The notes beneath the pieces were generated by a model. It was not told the origin of the DNA and made no database searches. It saw nothing but the letters and a program-made list of their open reading frames with translations. Shown piece after piece: positions 8,286 through 18,438 of a DNA stretch of 64,000 bases. Source of the DNA: Cyclobacteriaceae bacterium (GTDB taxonomy: Bacteria > Bacteroidota > Bacteroidia > Cytophagales > Cyclobacteriaceae); assembly GCA_022841475.1 (NCBI GenBank), contig JALHRJ010000019.1:13733-77732 (forward strand), in the 5' to 3' direction. A program made the position numbers and the translations under genes. How positions within the stretch are numbered: the first letter of the stretch is position 1; each line of letters starts with the position of its first letter.

Positions 8286-10718
8286 TCAACTAAAGTTAAG
8301 GCGCATTTTTTTGATACGGTCTTCCAGTTTTTCGGAAGTAAGCTTTTCACGGGTTCTGTCCACCATAATGGGAAAAGCAAAGGGTGTAGGTTTGTCAGGT
8401 TCTGTGATGATGATTTTCTGATGCGCAATTCGAATCAGCGCTTTTCGCAACCGTGCTTCCTCCAATTGAAAATCCATCACTTCTTCAAAGGCTTGCTGGA
8501 GCAATAGATTATGTGATTCGTATTCATGGAATACATTAAAGAACAACTGCGAAGAAGATTGCAAATGCCGCTCCTTAACCTTTTGCCCTGGTAAGCCCTT
8601 AAAAATTAATCCTGATATGGCTGCGATGTCTCGAAATTTTCTTCTCGCCATTTCGGTGCTGTTGATACTTGCCTGAATATCATGCATGAGGTTTTCGCTG
8701 CCCAACACATTCGTTTCAACGGCTTCGTAAATGGGAATTTCCTGATCAGAAAGCAACTCAAAGCCATAATCGTTCATCGCAATGGAAAACGTGATAGGTG
8801 TTGATTTCGAGATGCGATAGGCAATCAATGCGGCCATACCTTCATGAACAAAGCGGCCTTCAAAGGGATACATCACTACGTGATAACCTTCTGAAGAATG
8901 AAAGTATTCGATCAGAAACTCATCTTTGGTTGGCAGATGCGAACGTTCCTTTTGCAAATTCATTAAAGGTTTTAAAAATCGCATTTCATCATCCGTCTCT
9001 GCACCTCGTGCTGCTTCGTCAATTTTAAACCGAATCATTTCACTCAATTGTGAAGAGAGTGGCATCCGTCCACCTTGCCAGGAGGGAACTTTGCCTGATT
9101 TCTTCTTGCTCTTGCGCACATGCACTTCCATTTCTTTTATCCGGACTAACTCCAGACTTTGCCCCGCAAACCAAAACACATCGCCCGTATTAAGCCTCGA
9201 AATAAAATACTCTTCGATGGTTCCTAAATATTTTCCGGATACGTACTTCACATATAAAAGATTGTCACCTACAATGGTGCCAATGGAAAGGCGATGTTTT
9301 AGGGCAATCCGTTTGTTTTCAACTTTATAAATTCCTTCTTCAACAATTACTTTGCGATATTCATTGTAAGCAGTAAGCGCTTCACCACCAGAAGTAATAA
9401 AATTCAACACCCAGTTCCATTCATCTTCGGTGGTGGAAGAAAAACTGACAGTCGTTTTAATCTCATTCAGAATTTCCTCGGGCTTAAACCCATCAGAAAC
9501 TGCCAGCGTAATCAGATATTGTATCAACACATCGAATGATCGCAAATAAGGTAATCTATCTTCCACGATGTTGCGGGTCATCGCTTCGCGTAACGCAGCC
9601 GCCTCCGTAAGTTCAAGTGTATTGGTTGGTAAAAAATAAATCCGGCTAACGGCCCCGGGCTGGTGACCACTGCGACCCGCACGTTGTAAAAACCGGGCCA
9701 CTCCTTTGGGACTCCCCACCTGAATAATAGTTTCTACAGGTCGGAAGTCAACACCGAGATCCAGGCTAGACGTGCACACTACTGCTTTCAGTTTGCCCGC
9801 ATGTAGTTGTTCCTCCACCCATTCGCGTAATTCTTTGCTGATAGAACCATGATGCATGGCAATTAAGCCCGAAAGTTCTGGTGCTCGTTCCAAAATCTTT
9901 TGATACCAGATTTCGGCAAAAGACCGGGTGTTCGTAAAGATGAGTGTACTGTTGCTTCCTTTCACGATAGGAATAACTTTATCAAGCAACTGAATCCCAA
10001 GATGACCAGCCCACGGCAGTGTCTCGACTTCATCAGGAAAAATGGAAACAACCTCCACCTTCTTTTCAATAGCAGCTTTAATTACTTTCGTTTTTGCATT
10101 GGGAATATTCCCCATTAAAATTTGAAGGGATTGCTCCATGTTTCCTATCGTTGCCGAGATTCCCCAAACCTTGAGTTCAGGAGATAATGTTTTCAATCGC
10201 GATAAGGCCAATTCCATCAGCACACCACGTTTGGAGCCAAGCAACTCATGCCACTCGTCAACAACAATGGTCTTGAGGTTGGCAAAATATTCAGCATAGC
10301 CTTTTTGAGAGATCAGCAAGTGAAGACTCTCAGGAGTAGTAATTAAAAAATCAGGTGGTTTATCTTTTTGTTTGGCCCGTTCCTTTGTTGAAGTATCGCC
10401 ACTTCGTACTCCTATTTGCCACGATGTTTCCAGTCCTTCCGTAGCGCGTTTGGCCGAGAATTCAATTTCTTTTGCCAAAGCGCGGATAGGCGTTATCCAA
10501 ATCGCAGTAGGGCCATGCGATTTCTGCTTGCGCGGATTACTCTCTAATAAAATGGGAATCAGTAAGGAATAGGTTTTGCCGCTGCCCGTTGGGGCATTGA
10601 TCATGCCACTAAAACCCGCCCACACACTTTGCCATGCCTCCAACTGAAATGGAAACGGAGTCCAGCCCTGCGCTTCAAACCACCTTTTGCCCGACTTCTG
10701 ATTGTTCAGCATCCGCAA
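8286..10718 (-). CDS. lhr: Ligase-associated DNA damage response DEXH-box helicase (Lhr-like)
   Basis: APTGSGKT, DEWH, SAT, HHGS, QRAGRSGH motifs. Confidence 0.9.
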   Translation of the reverse strand: MRMLNNQKSGKRWFEAQGWTPFPFQLEAWQSVWAGFSGMINAPTGSGKTYSLLIPILLESNPRKQKSHGPTAIWITPIRALAKEIEFSAKRATEGLETSWQIGVRSGDTSTKERAKQKDKPPDFLITTPESLHLLISQKGYAEYFANLKTIVVDEWHELLGSKRGVLMELALSRLKTLSPELKVWGISATIGNMEQSLQILMGNIPNAKTKVIKAAIEKKVEVVSIFPDEVETLPWAGHLGIQLLDKVIPIVKGSNSTLIFTNTRSFAEIWYQKILERAPELSGLIAMHHGSISKELREWVEEQLHAGKLKAVVCTSSLDLGVDFRPVETIIQVGSPKGVARFLQRAGRSGHQPGAVSRIYFLPTNTLELTEAAALREAMTRNIVEDRLPYLRSFDVLIQYLITLAVSDGFKPEEILNEIKTTVSFSSTTEDEWNWVLNFITSGGEALTAYNEYRKVIVEEGIYKVENKRIALKHRLSIGTIVGDNLLYVKYVSGKYLGTIEEYFISRLNTGDVFWFAGQSLELVRIKEMEVHVRKSKKKSGKVPSWQGGRMPLSSQLSEMIRFKIDEAARGAETDDEMRFLKPLMNLQKERSHLPTKDEFLIEYFHSSEGYHVVMYPFEGRFVHEGMAALIAYRISKSTPITFSIAMNDYGFELLSDQEIPIYEAVETNVLGSENLMHDIQASINSTEMARRKFRDIAAISGLIFKGLPGQKVKERHLQSSSQLFFNVFHEYESHNLLLQQAFEEVMDFQLEEARLRKALIRIAHQKIIITEPDKPTPFAFPIMVDRTREKLTSEKLEDRIKKMRLNFS

Positions 10719-10783
10719 CTAATATTGAGGTAAAATAACATTTTCGATTAGACTGTGTTATTTTGAACAATAATACAGCACGC

Positions 10784-11665
10784 ATGGGAAAGTATTCGAT
10801 TAAAGAATTAGAAAAACTATCCGGAATAAAAGCCCATACCATTCGTATCTGGGAAAAGCGACACCATTTGGTGAGTCCTCAGCGTACCCAAACCAACATT
10901 CGCTATTACTCTGATGATGATCTCAAAAAAATCATCAATGTTTCTGTACTCAATAACAACGGAGTTAAGATCTCGAAAATTGTAGGCTTAAGTCTTGATG
11001 AAATTAATGAACAGGTAGCGCAACTCAGCGACTCCAAAAACAGCATTGAAATCTACATTGATCAACTAGTGCTTGCCATGATTGACATGGAGGAAGAACA
11101 GTTTGAAAAAATCTTAGCTAGCCTTACCCTAAAGTTCGGATTTGAGAAAACCGTAATCGAAATAGTATATCCCTTCATGGAGAAGATCGGGATTTTATGG
11201 TTGACTAACAACATTACACCCGCACAGGAGCATTTTATTTCGCACCTGATCCGGCAAAAAATGATTGTGGCCATTGATAGTTTACCATTGCCACCAAAAA
11301 CATCTAAGAGAGCTGTTTTATATCTCCCTGAAAACGAGCTACACGAATTGGGCTTGCTTTTCTATCATTACATAGCGAAGAGAGAAGGATTCAGAACCTA
11401 TTACCTGGGGCAAACTGTACCTTACAAGGATTTAAAATATGTGGTTGAATATCATAAACCCAACCTGATCATTACTTCCTTAACCAGTGGCCCGTCTCCG
11501 CACGCCATGCAAGGATACCTGAATCGCTTAAGTACCGATTTTCCTACCACCAGAATCCTGATTTCAGGATATGCCTTAAAAAAGGCAAAAGTAGAGCCCC
11601 TACCGAATATTGAAACATTTACTAATGCTCTGACTCTTAGGGATTTAATAATATCGATGACATAA
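10784..11665 (+). CDS. MerR-family, cobalamin-binding CarH/LitR-like photoregulator
   Basis: MerR HTH (YSIKELEKLSGIKAHTIRIWEKR); W-x9-EH (WLTNNITPAQEH) and ExHxxG (ELHELG) B12 motifs; next to crt genes. ATG at 10784 preferred over TTG at 10763. Confidence 0.85.
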   Translation: MGKYSIKELEKLSGIKAHTIRIWEKRHHLVSPQRTQTNIRYYSDDDLKKIINVSVLNNNGVKISKIVGLSLDEINEQVAQLSDSKNSIEIYIDQLVLAMIDMEEEQFEKILASLTLKFGFEKTVIEIVYPFMEKIGILWLTNNITPAQEHFISHLIRQKMIVAIDSLPLPPKTSKRAVLYLPENELHELGLLFYHYIAKREGFRTYYLGQTVPYKDLKYVVEYHKPNLIITSLTSGPSPHAMQGYLNRLSTDFPTTRILISGYALKKAKVEPLPNIETFTNALTLRDLIISMT

Positions 11666-11666
11666 T

Positions 11667-11759
11667 TGTTTAATTTATTGTTAAATAAGTTAAACATATT
11701 GTAGTAAATGCTGCTGTCTTGACTATATTTGTCTAACATTTACAATTAAACGTTAGACA
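11667..11759. promoter_or_regulatory. Candidate operator region upstream of ECF sigma/crt genes
   Basis: Inverted repeats TGTTTAA-N16-TTAAACA (11667-11696) and TGTCTAAC-N14-GTTAGACA (11730-11759). Confidence 0.4.
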
Positions 11760-11762
11760 CTT

Positions 11763-12266
11763 ATGACGACATACGATTTCGACCACCAACTCGCAACTCT
11801 TCGTCCTACGCTAAGGACGTTTACTCGTAGATTCACCAACGATCGGGATGAGTCTTTAGATCTGGTACAAGACACCATCCTGAAAGCTCTTACTTACCGC
11901 GATAAATTTCGTGAGGATACAAACCTTAAAGGTTGGCTCTTTACGATTATGCGCAATACCTATATCAATAATTACAGAAAGAATCAGCGCGCGAAAACTT
12001 CGCATGATGATACCAAAGAATTGTATTTCCTGAATGTAGAAGATCACCATACCTTCAACCGTCCGGAAGGCAGTATTGAGTTTAAAGAAGTGTGGCGCAA
12101 TGTAAACGAGTTGAAAGATGACCTGTTGATCCCTTTCAAAATGCACACCACAGGCTACAAGTACCATGAAATAGCCGAACATCTAAGTATTCCTATCGGC
12201 ACGGTTAAAAACAGAATTTTCCACGCACGAAAAGAAATTCAAAAGAAATTAACCGGATACCAGTAA
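11763..12266 (+). CDS. ECF sigma-70 factor
   Basis: Region 2 DLVQDT...WLFTIMRN; region 4 YHEIAEHLSIPIGTVKNRI; 167 aa. Confidence 0.92.
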   Translation: MTTYDFDHQLATLRPTLRTFTRRFTNDRDESLDLVQDTILKALTYRDKFREDTNLKGWLFTIMRNTYINNYRKNQRAKTSHDDTKELYFLNVEDHHTFNRPEGSIEFKEVWRNVNELKDDLLIPFKMHTTGYKYHEIAEHLSIPIGTVKNRIFHARKEIQKKLTGYQ

Positions 12267-12272
12267 ATAGAG

Positions 12273-12304
12273 AAACACGGTGGACAAAGCCGTGTTTTCT
12301 GTTT
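12273..12304 (+). terminator. Terminator-like hairpin between sigma gene and crtI
   Basis: AAACACGG-N9-CCGTGTTT followed by TCTGTTT. Confidence 0.45.
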
Positions 12305-12315
12305 ATACTCGAGCG

Positions 12316-13794
12316 ATGAAAAAAATAGCAGTGATTGGGGCTGGCTTTTCCGGCCTTGCGGCAGCATCCGGTTTAGCCAAAGCCGGATATGATGTAACCG
12401 TCCTTGAAAAAAACAATTCAGCCGGTGGTCGGGCACGGAAATTTGAAGCCGATGGATTTACTTTCGACATGGGCCCCAGTTGGTATTGGATGCCCGATGT
12501 CTTTGAAAAATTTTTCCAACAGTTTGGCAAAACTACATCTGACTATTACGAACTCGAAAGACTTTCTCCCTCCTACCGGATTTATTATTCAGCCAACAAC
12601 TTTCTGGATATACCGGCTGGGGTAGAAGCACTCTGTAAACTCTTTGACGAACTAGAACCTGGAAGTTCTAAGAACTTGCTTCGTTTTCTGGAAGAAGGTA
12701 AATACAAATACGAGATTGGTATAAATGACCTGGTCTATAAACCGGGTTTGTCGGTGATTGAGCTGCTGGACATAAAACTGCTGGCCGGTGTTTTTAAAAT
12801 GCATGTGTTCCAATCGGTATCGCAGTATGTGCGTAAGTTTTTTAAAGATCCCCGCATCATTCAGTTACTGGAATTTCCGGTTCTCTTTCTCGGGGCTACT
12901 GCGCAAAAAACCCCCGCTCTTTACACACTCATGAATTATGCCGACATGGCCTTGGGTACCTGGTATCCTAAAGGAGGCATGCATAAAATTGTAGATGGCC
13001 TTACCACTTTGGCAACAGAACAAGGTGTGAAGTTTGAGTTCAACAGCGAAGTAACCCGCTTTGTGGTGAATGGCAGCAGTATTCAGGAAGTAATTGTGAA
13101 TGGCCAACCCAGAAAGTTTGATTATGTAGTGGCCGGAGCCGACTACCATCATGTTGAACAAAACTTATTGCCGGCATCGCATCGAAGGTATTCTGAAACC
13201 TATTGGCAAAACAGGGCGATGGCACCTTCTAGTTTAATTTTTTATCTGGGACTCAATAAAAAAATCTCAGGCCTGCTCCATCATACGTTATTCTTCGATG
13301 AGGATTTTTCGGTACATGCCAAAGAAATTTACGAAGATCCCAAATGGCCCACAGCACCCCAGTTTTATGTTTCCTGCACGTCACAAACAGACCCAACTGT
13401 GGCGCCAGCGGGTGGAGAAAATATTTTTATCCTGATTCCGGTTGCACCCGGTTTAAAGGATGAAGATTCGATCCGCGAAAAATATTATACGCTGGTGATG
13501 GACCGGTTTGAAAAAATTATGGGGCAACCCATCCGCGACCATGTTGTGTATAAACGTAGTTATGCGCACAACGATTTTCAGGCCGACTACCATGCTTTCA
13601 AGGGCAATGCGTATGGTTTGGCCAATACTATTTTACAAACGGCCAATTTGAAGCCTTCAATCTTAAACAAAAAGGTAACAAACCTGTTCTATACAGGTCA
13701 ACTTACGGTACCTGGACCGGGGGTGCCACCCTCGCTCATATCCGGGCAAGTGGTAGCAAAAGAGTTGATTGAGCGAGACAAAAAGCAGAATTAG
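12316..13794 (+). CDS. crtI: Phytoene desaturase
   Basis: GAGFSG dinucleotide fold, FDMGPSWYWMP, GQLTVPGPGVPP; ATG at 12316. Confidence 0.93.
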   Translation: MKKIAVIGAGFSGLAAASGLAKAGYDVTVLEKNNSAGGRARKFEADGFTFDMGPSWYWMPDVFEKFFQQFGKTTSDYYELERLSPSYRIYYSANNFLDIPAGVEALCKLFDELEPGSSKNLLRFLEEGKYKYEIGINDLVYKPGLSVIELLDIKLLAGVFKMHVFQSVSQYVRKFFKDPRIIQLLEFPVLFLGATAQKTPALYTLMNYADMALGTWYPKGGMHKIVDGLTTLATEQGVKFEFNSEVTRFVVNGSSIQEVIVNGQPRKFDYVVAGADYHHVEQNLLPASHRRYSETYWQNRAMAPSSLIFYLGLNKKISGLLHHTLFFDEDFSVHAKEIYEDPKWPTAPQFYVSCTSQTDPTVAPAGGENIFILIPVAPGLKDEDSIREKYYTLVMDRFEKIMGQPIRDHVVYKRSYAHNDFQADYHAFKGNAYGLANTILQTANLKPSILNKKVTNLFYTGQLTVPGPGVPPSLISGQVVAKELIERDKKQN

Positions 13795-13858
13795 AAGAAC
13801 GGTAAGGCTTTTGTCTTTTTTCTGACGTATTTTGAGAGACAAAAACTGATTTCTTTGA

Positions 13859-14698
13859 ATGAGTAAAGACCTGTTTGATAAAGTTTCTTTACGGTGTAGT
13901 AAACTTACCACACGAGCCTATAGCACATCCTTTTCGCTGGGCATACGCTGCCTGAAAAAGGAAATGCGTGGTCCTATTTACTCCATTTATGGCTTTGTTC
14001 GTTTTGCTGATGAAATTGTGGATACCCTTCATGATTTTGATAAAGCAGCTTTGTTAAAACGATTTACCTCAGATACGCATCATGCTATCGATGAAAAAAT
14101 AAGTCTGAACCCAATACTTCACAGTTTTCAAAAGACCGCCAACGAATTTAAGTTTGAACGCCCGCTGGTTGATCAGTTTCTGAAAAGTATGGAAATGGAT
14201 TTGGCGTTAACCTCCTACGATCAAAAAGGAATTGAAGAATATATTCTTGGCTCGGCCGAAGTAGTGGGCCTCATGTGTCTACGCGTGTTTTGCAAGGGTG
14301 ATGAAGTTATGTACCAGCAACTGAAGTCCTCTGCCATGAAACTGGGTTCAGCTTTTCAAAAAATAAATTTCCTGCGCGATCTCAATGCTGATTTCAATGG
14401 CATGGGTCGGAGTTATTTTCCGGGTGTTGATCTCACCGATTTTAATGAGGAAACCAAGAAACAAATCGAAGATGATGTGGCGAAAGATTTTAATGCCGGG
14501 TATGAAGGCATTAAGCAACTTCCCCGTTCAGCCCGCTTTGGAGTCTATGTGGCCTACTTGTATTACATGGCACTTTTCGAAAAGATAAAAAATACACCGA
14601 GCCACATTATACTCACCAACCGGATTCGGGTTCGTAACAGACGTAAACTTACTATTCTCGCTTACTCCTATGTAAAGCATCAACTTAATCTCTTGTAG
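13859..14698 (+). CDS. crtB: Phytoene synthase
   Basis: YSTSFS, ADEIVD, SMEMDL, NFLRD motifs. Confidence 0.93.
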   Translation: MSKDLFDKVSLRCSKLTTRAYSTSFSLGIRCLKKEMRGPIYSIYGFVRFADEIVDTLHDFDKAALLKRFTSDTHHAIDEKISLNPILHSFQKTANEFKFERPLVDQFLKSMEMDLALTSYDQKGIEEYILGSAEVVGLMCLRVFCKGDEVMYQQLKSSAMKLGSAFQKINFLRDLNADFNGMGRSYFPGVDLTDFNEETKKQIEDDVAKDFNAGYEGIKQLPRSARFGVYVAYLYYMALFEKIKNTPSHIILTNRIRVRNRRKLTILAYSYVKHQLNLL

Positions 14699-14699
14699 C

Positions 14700-15221
14700 A
14701 TGGAACAAGTGATTTTGGTAGATGAACAGGATAATGAAATCGGGAACATGGAAAAAATGGAAGCCCATCAAAAAGGTTTACTCCATCGGGCATTCTCCAT
14801 TGTAATTTTTAACTCGAAAGGTGAAATGTTGCTGCAGCAACGGGCCATTGAAAAATATCACAGTGGCGGTCTCTGGACGAATGCTTGTTGCAGTCACCCA
14901 AGGCCAGGTGAAACTCTTGAACAAGCAGGTAAGCGTAAGCTCTTGCAGGAAATGGGAATTGATTGTGATCTGAACTACTCGCACAAGTTCATCTACAAAG
15001 TCGAGCTGGATAATCAGCTAACTGAATATGAATGGGATTATGTGTTGGTTGGCTATTATGATGGGGCACCTACAATCAACAAGCAAGAAGCACAAGCCTG
15101 GAAATATGAATCCCTTGATTCGATCCGGAATGATGCACACCAAAATCCGGAAGCTTATACCTGTTGGTTTAGGCTCATGCTGAATCAACCTGAATTACAG
15201 GCGATCAATCAAAGTGCCTGA
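14700..15221 (+). CDS. idi: Isopentenyl-diphosphate delta-isomerase (type 1)
   Basis: HRAFS, WTNACCSHP, ExE motifs. Confidence 0.93.
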   Translation: MEQVILVDEQDNEIGNMEKMEAHQKGLLHRAFSIVIFNSKGEMLLQQRAIEKYHSGGLWTNACCSHPRPGETLEQAGKRKLLQEMGIDCDLNYSHKFIYKVELDNQLTEYEWDYVLVGYYDGAPTINKQEAQAWKYESLDSIRNDAHQNPEAYTCWFRLMLNQPELQAINQSA

Positions 15222-15236
15222 AATCAGATCCTGTTA

Positions 15237-16278
15237 CTAATCCACTACCTCGTAAATAATTACCGGATTGGACTTATTTTTTAGAACCGCCTCGCCTACT
15301 TTCCGGCAATTAAATGACTCTTTGATTTTTTGATAGGCTGCCTCATTGATCACGATTTGACCCGGACCAGCCGCTGATTGCAATCGTTGGGCGGTGTTTA
15401 CCACATCCCCAATCACGGTATAGTCCAGCCTTTTTAAGGTTGCCGAACCAATATTGCCTGAAATCATTTCACCGCTGTTGATGCCAATGGATACCTGGGG
15501 TATGAAGGAAAGTGTTGCCTTCAATTCGGGCAAAGAATTGATTTTAGATCTCACGGCAAGGCTCGCATCGATGGATCTATCCAAATGATAGTCGCCACGA
15601 AAAACGGCCATAATTGCATCACCAATAAACTTATCAATATAGCCGCCCTGGGCAATTACTTCTTTTACAATGATGTCAAAATAATCGTTCAACAACTTGA
15701 CAACCGTATCGGCCGATTCGTTTTCACTGATGGATGTAAAACTGCAGATATCAATGAAGACTACCGTTGCATCTACTGTTTCGTTCGCCATCAACGATGA
15801 TTCATATTCACGGCTGCCCATAAAATTGAGCACCGTCTCATCCACATACATCTTCAAAATGTTATTCTCTTTAATAGCTTTTAATGTTTCCCGAACTTGA
15901 ATAACATGTTTGATGGTTTTCTCCATCGTGAGTGCAAGATCCTCAAAATTGACAGGTTTGGTTACAAAGTCAAAAGCACCGCGGTTCATAGCCACCCGAA
16001 TATTATCCATATCGCCATAGGCAGACACGATAACGGTTTTGATCAGCGGGCTCGATTCTGATAACCGGCTGAGCAAAGTTAACCCATCCATTTCAGGCAT
16101 GTTGATTATCGCTCAGCACAATATCAATGTCAGGATTTTGCTTTATCTTCTCGAGTGCATCATTGCCATTAACTGAAAAAATAAACTCATACTGCTGCTC
16201 ACGTATCTTTTGACGAAATTTTTGCTTGATCAGCATTTCCAAATCAACCTCGTCATCGGCTACTAATATTTTAGTCAT
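15237..16278 (-). pseudogene. Response regulator receiver-adenylate/guanylate cyclase fusion, split by a +1 frameshift
   Basis: 16093-16278 encodes a REC N-terminus ending LSD-NQHA*. Removing one base at 16106/16107 (GATAATCAAC to GATATCAAC) restores [11 protein letters not shown], in frame with the class III cyclase ([28 protein letters not shown]). Confidence 0.8.
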
Positions 16279-16280
16279 TA

Positions 16281-16652
16281 CTACACAAGATTAAGTTTTT
16301 GCTTCAGGGCAGTGAAATCCACAGGCTTAGTTAAAAAGTCATCTGCGCCCAATTCTTTGGCGATTTTATGGTTCTCTGCATCGCCATACGCGGTAATCAT
16401 CATCACCACCGGAGGCGGCTTCATATATTTCTTCTTCACATTTTCCAGTAATTGCAAGCCGCTCATGCCGGGCATATTAATGTCGGATAAAATCAACATC
16501 GCCTCATGTTCCCATTTGTTCAGTTGCACCAATGCATCTTCACCTGAAAAGGAAAAAATAAACTCTACCTGACCACCTTTGATTTCCTTTCTGAAACGCT
16601 GCTCAAACAAGGTTTTAACATCTTGTTCGTCATCTACCACTAATATTTTCAT
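16281..16652 (-). CDS. Single-domain response regulator
   Basis: VVDD, LSDINMPG, ITAYG, LTKP motifs. Confidence 0.92.
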   Translation of the reverse strand: MKILVVDDEQDVKTLFEQRFRKEIKGGQVEFIFSFSGEDALVQLNKWEHEAMLILSDINMPGMSGLQLLENVKKKYMKPPPVVMMITAYGDAENHKIAKELGADDFLTKPVDFTALKQKLNLV

Positions 16653-16663
16653 ATGCTACTAAT

Positions 16664-17680
16664 TTACATGGGTAATACTACTATAAACTCAGTGCCCTCC
16701 ACCTCCTTTGTCTCTACCTTTATTTCTCCGTTATGTGCTTTGGTCACGATATCATAACTCATGCTTAATCCCAATCCAGTGCCTGCTCCCGCGGGCTTGG
16801 TCGTGAAAAACGGTTGAAAGATTTTATCTAAAACTTTTTGTGGAATACCATTTCCGTTGTCTTTGACTGAAATCAAAACTTTATCACCTTCTCTTTTAGT
16901 AGACACAGTAACCATTGGTTCGTAACCCGGAAGATCTTGTTTTTTCTTTTCATACACAGAATAAAAAGCATTCGTGATCAGGTTTAAGATTACACGACCC
17001 ATATCCTGTGGCACAACAGAAACTTTACCAAGGCTTTCATCAAATTCTGTTTTCATCGAAGCGTTGAAGGCCTTGTCTTTAGCACGCAACCCATGGTAAG
17101 CCAGGCGCAGATACTCATCGGCCAATGCATTGATATCAGTGGGTTCTTTCACACCGCTGCTGCTGCGACTATGTTGAAGCATTCCCTTTACAATCCCATC
17201 GGCACGCTTGCCGTGAAAAATTATTTTCTTTTCATTCTCATCGATATTATCAGCAATGTTTTTGGCCTCCTCAAAATTCCCTTTCGACAGTTCTTCCTTC
17301 ATTTCCGCAATCAATTCGGAGTTGACTTCTGCAAAATTGTTTACAAAATTGAGTGGGTTCTGAATTTCATGCGCAATGCCGGCTGTAAGTTCACCGAGGC
17401 TGGCCATCTTTTCTGATTGAATCAATTGTGATTGCGTGGCCTTTAATTCGGTGTACGCCTTCTCGATTTCTTTGGCTTGTTTCAATTCCCGTTCACGGCC
17501 GCGCTACCACTTGATCGTTGCTTTTTTTGAGGTAAAAACCTCTTCCTTAGTGGTGCCTAAAAGCCAATATGCTTCATCCAGGCAGGAGGCAAAGGTTTTA
17601 ACATTACCGGTCAGGTAGCTATTCCAATAAGTATCGTAAACGTTTTGGATTTCGGCCTTGAGTTTTTTAGTGAGGGCCAT
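16664..17680 (-). pseudogene. Sensor histidine kinase remnant: short N-terminal fragment, in-frame TAG, then HisKA/HATPase
   Basis: ATG at 17680 is in frame (65 codons) with the kinase ORF at 17485; TAG at 17504-17506; H-box AHEIQNPLNF, N-box NLITNAF, DNGNG, FFTTK, GTGLGL. Confidence 0.65.
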
Positions 17681-17805
17681 GCGGATGTAGAAGGTTTAGT
17701 ATTAGGTGTCCCGGCTAATATACTCAAAGATTTGAAGCAGGGGGAGCAAAGTGAGGGATATGAACTCAATTAAAAACTTTACGTATTATTCGTACGCTAA
17801 CTACT

Positions 17806-18438
17806 ATGCTGCAACTTATACATCTTAAAAAGGCTTACGGCTCGCGTGTTATTCTGGAGATTCCACAACTCAGCATCCCCGATGGAGCTTATTGGGTAAA
17901 AGGGAATAATGGTTCGGGCAAAACCACACTGATGAAAATTATTGCGGGCATCAACCCCTTCGAAGGTTCGGTGATACTTAATGCAACTGATCTGATTAAA
18001 AATCCAATGGCCTACCGGCAACAGGTTTCTTTTGCAGAAGCCGAGCCCGTTTTTCCAGGATTTGTTACCGGGTGGGATCTTATTCGCTTTGTACAAAAGA
18101 CCCGACATGCACAAGAAGAGTCTATTAAAGCACTGGTGGATTACTTTGGCATCCAGAGTTTTCTAGGTTACACTGTCGGCACCTACTCCAGCGGCATGAC
18201 TAAAAAACTTTCGTTGTTGCTCGCCTTGATCGGAGATACTAAACTCATCCTGCTTGATGAGCCATTGATTACTCTCGAAGATAGTTTTCTGCCAATATTA
18301 TTCTCGCTGATAAAAGAACGACAAGCCTCGGGATCTTCATTTTTATTAAGCTCCCATCAACCCTTTCGGGAAGATCAGTTTGTGCCCAATGGTAAAGTGA
18401 TTGTGGAAAATCAAACCGCACAATTCATCGCCTCATGA
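17806..18438 (+). CDS. ABC transporter ATP-binding protein
   Basis: GNNGSGKT, YSSGM, LLDEP, SSH. Confidence 0.9.
   Translation: MLQLIHLKKAYGSRVILEIPQLSIPDGAYWVKGNNGSGKTTLMKIIAGINPFEGSVILNATDLIKNPMAYRQQVSFAEAEPVFPGFVTGWDLIRFVQKTRHAQEESIKALVDYFGIQSFLGYTVGTYSSGMTKKLSLLLALIGDTKLILLDEPLITLEDSFLPILFSLIKERQASGSSFLLSSHQPFREDQFVPNGKVIVENQTAQFIAS

Noticed and set aside
17504-17506. In-frame TAG in the kinase as programmed readthrough or pyrrolysine
   Set aside because: No pyl genes are present, other genes end normally in TAG, and readthrough would still give a protein with a truncated sensor; decay or mis-assembly is simpler.
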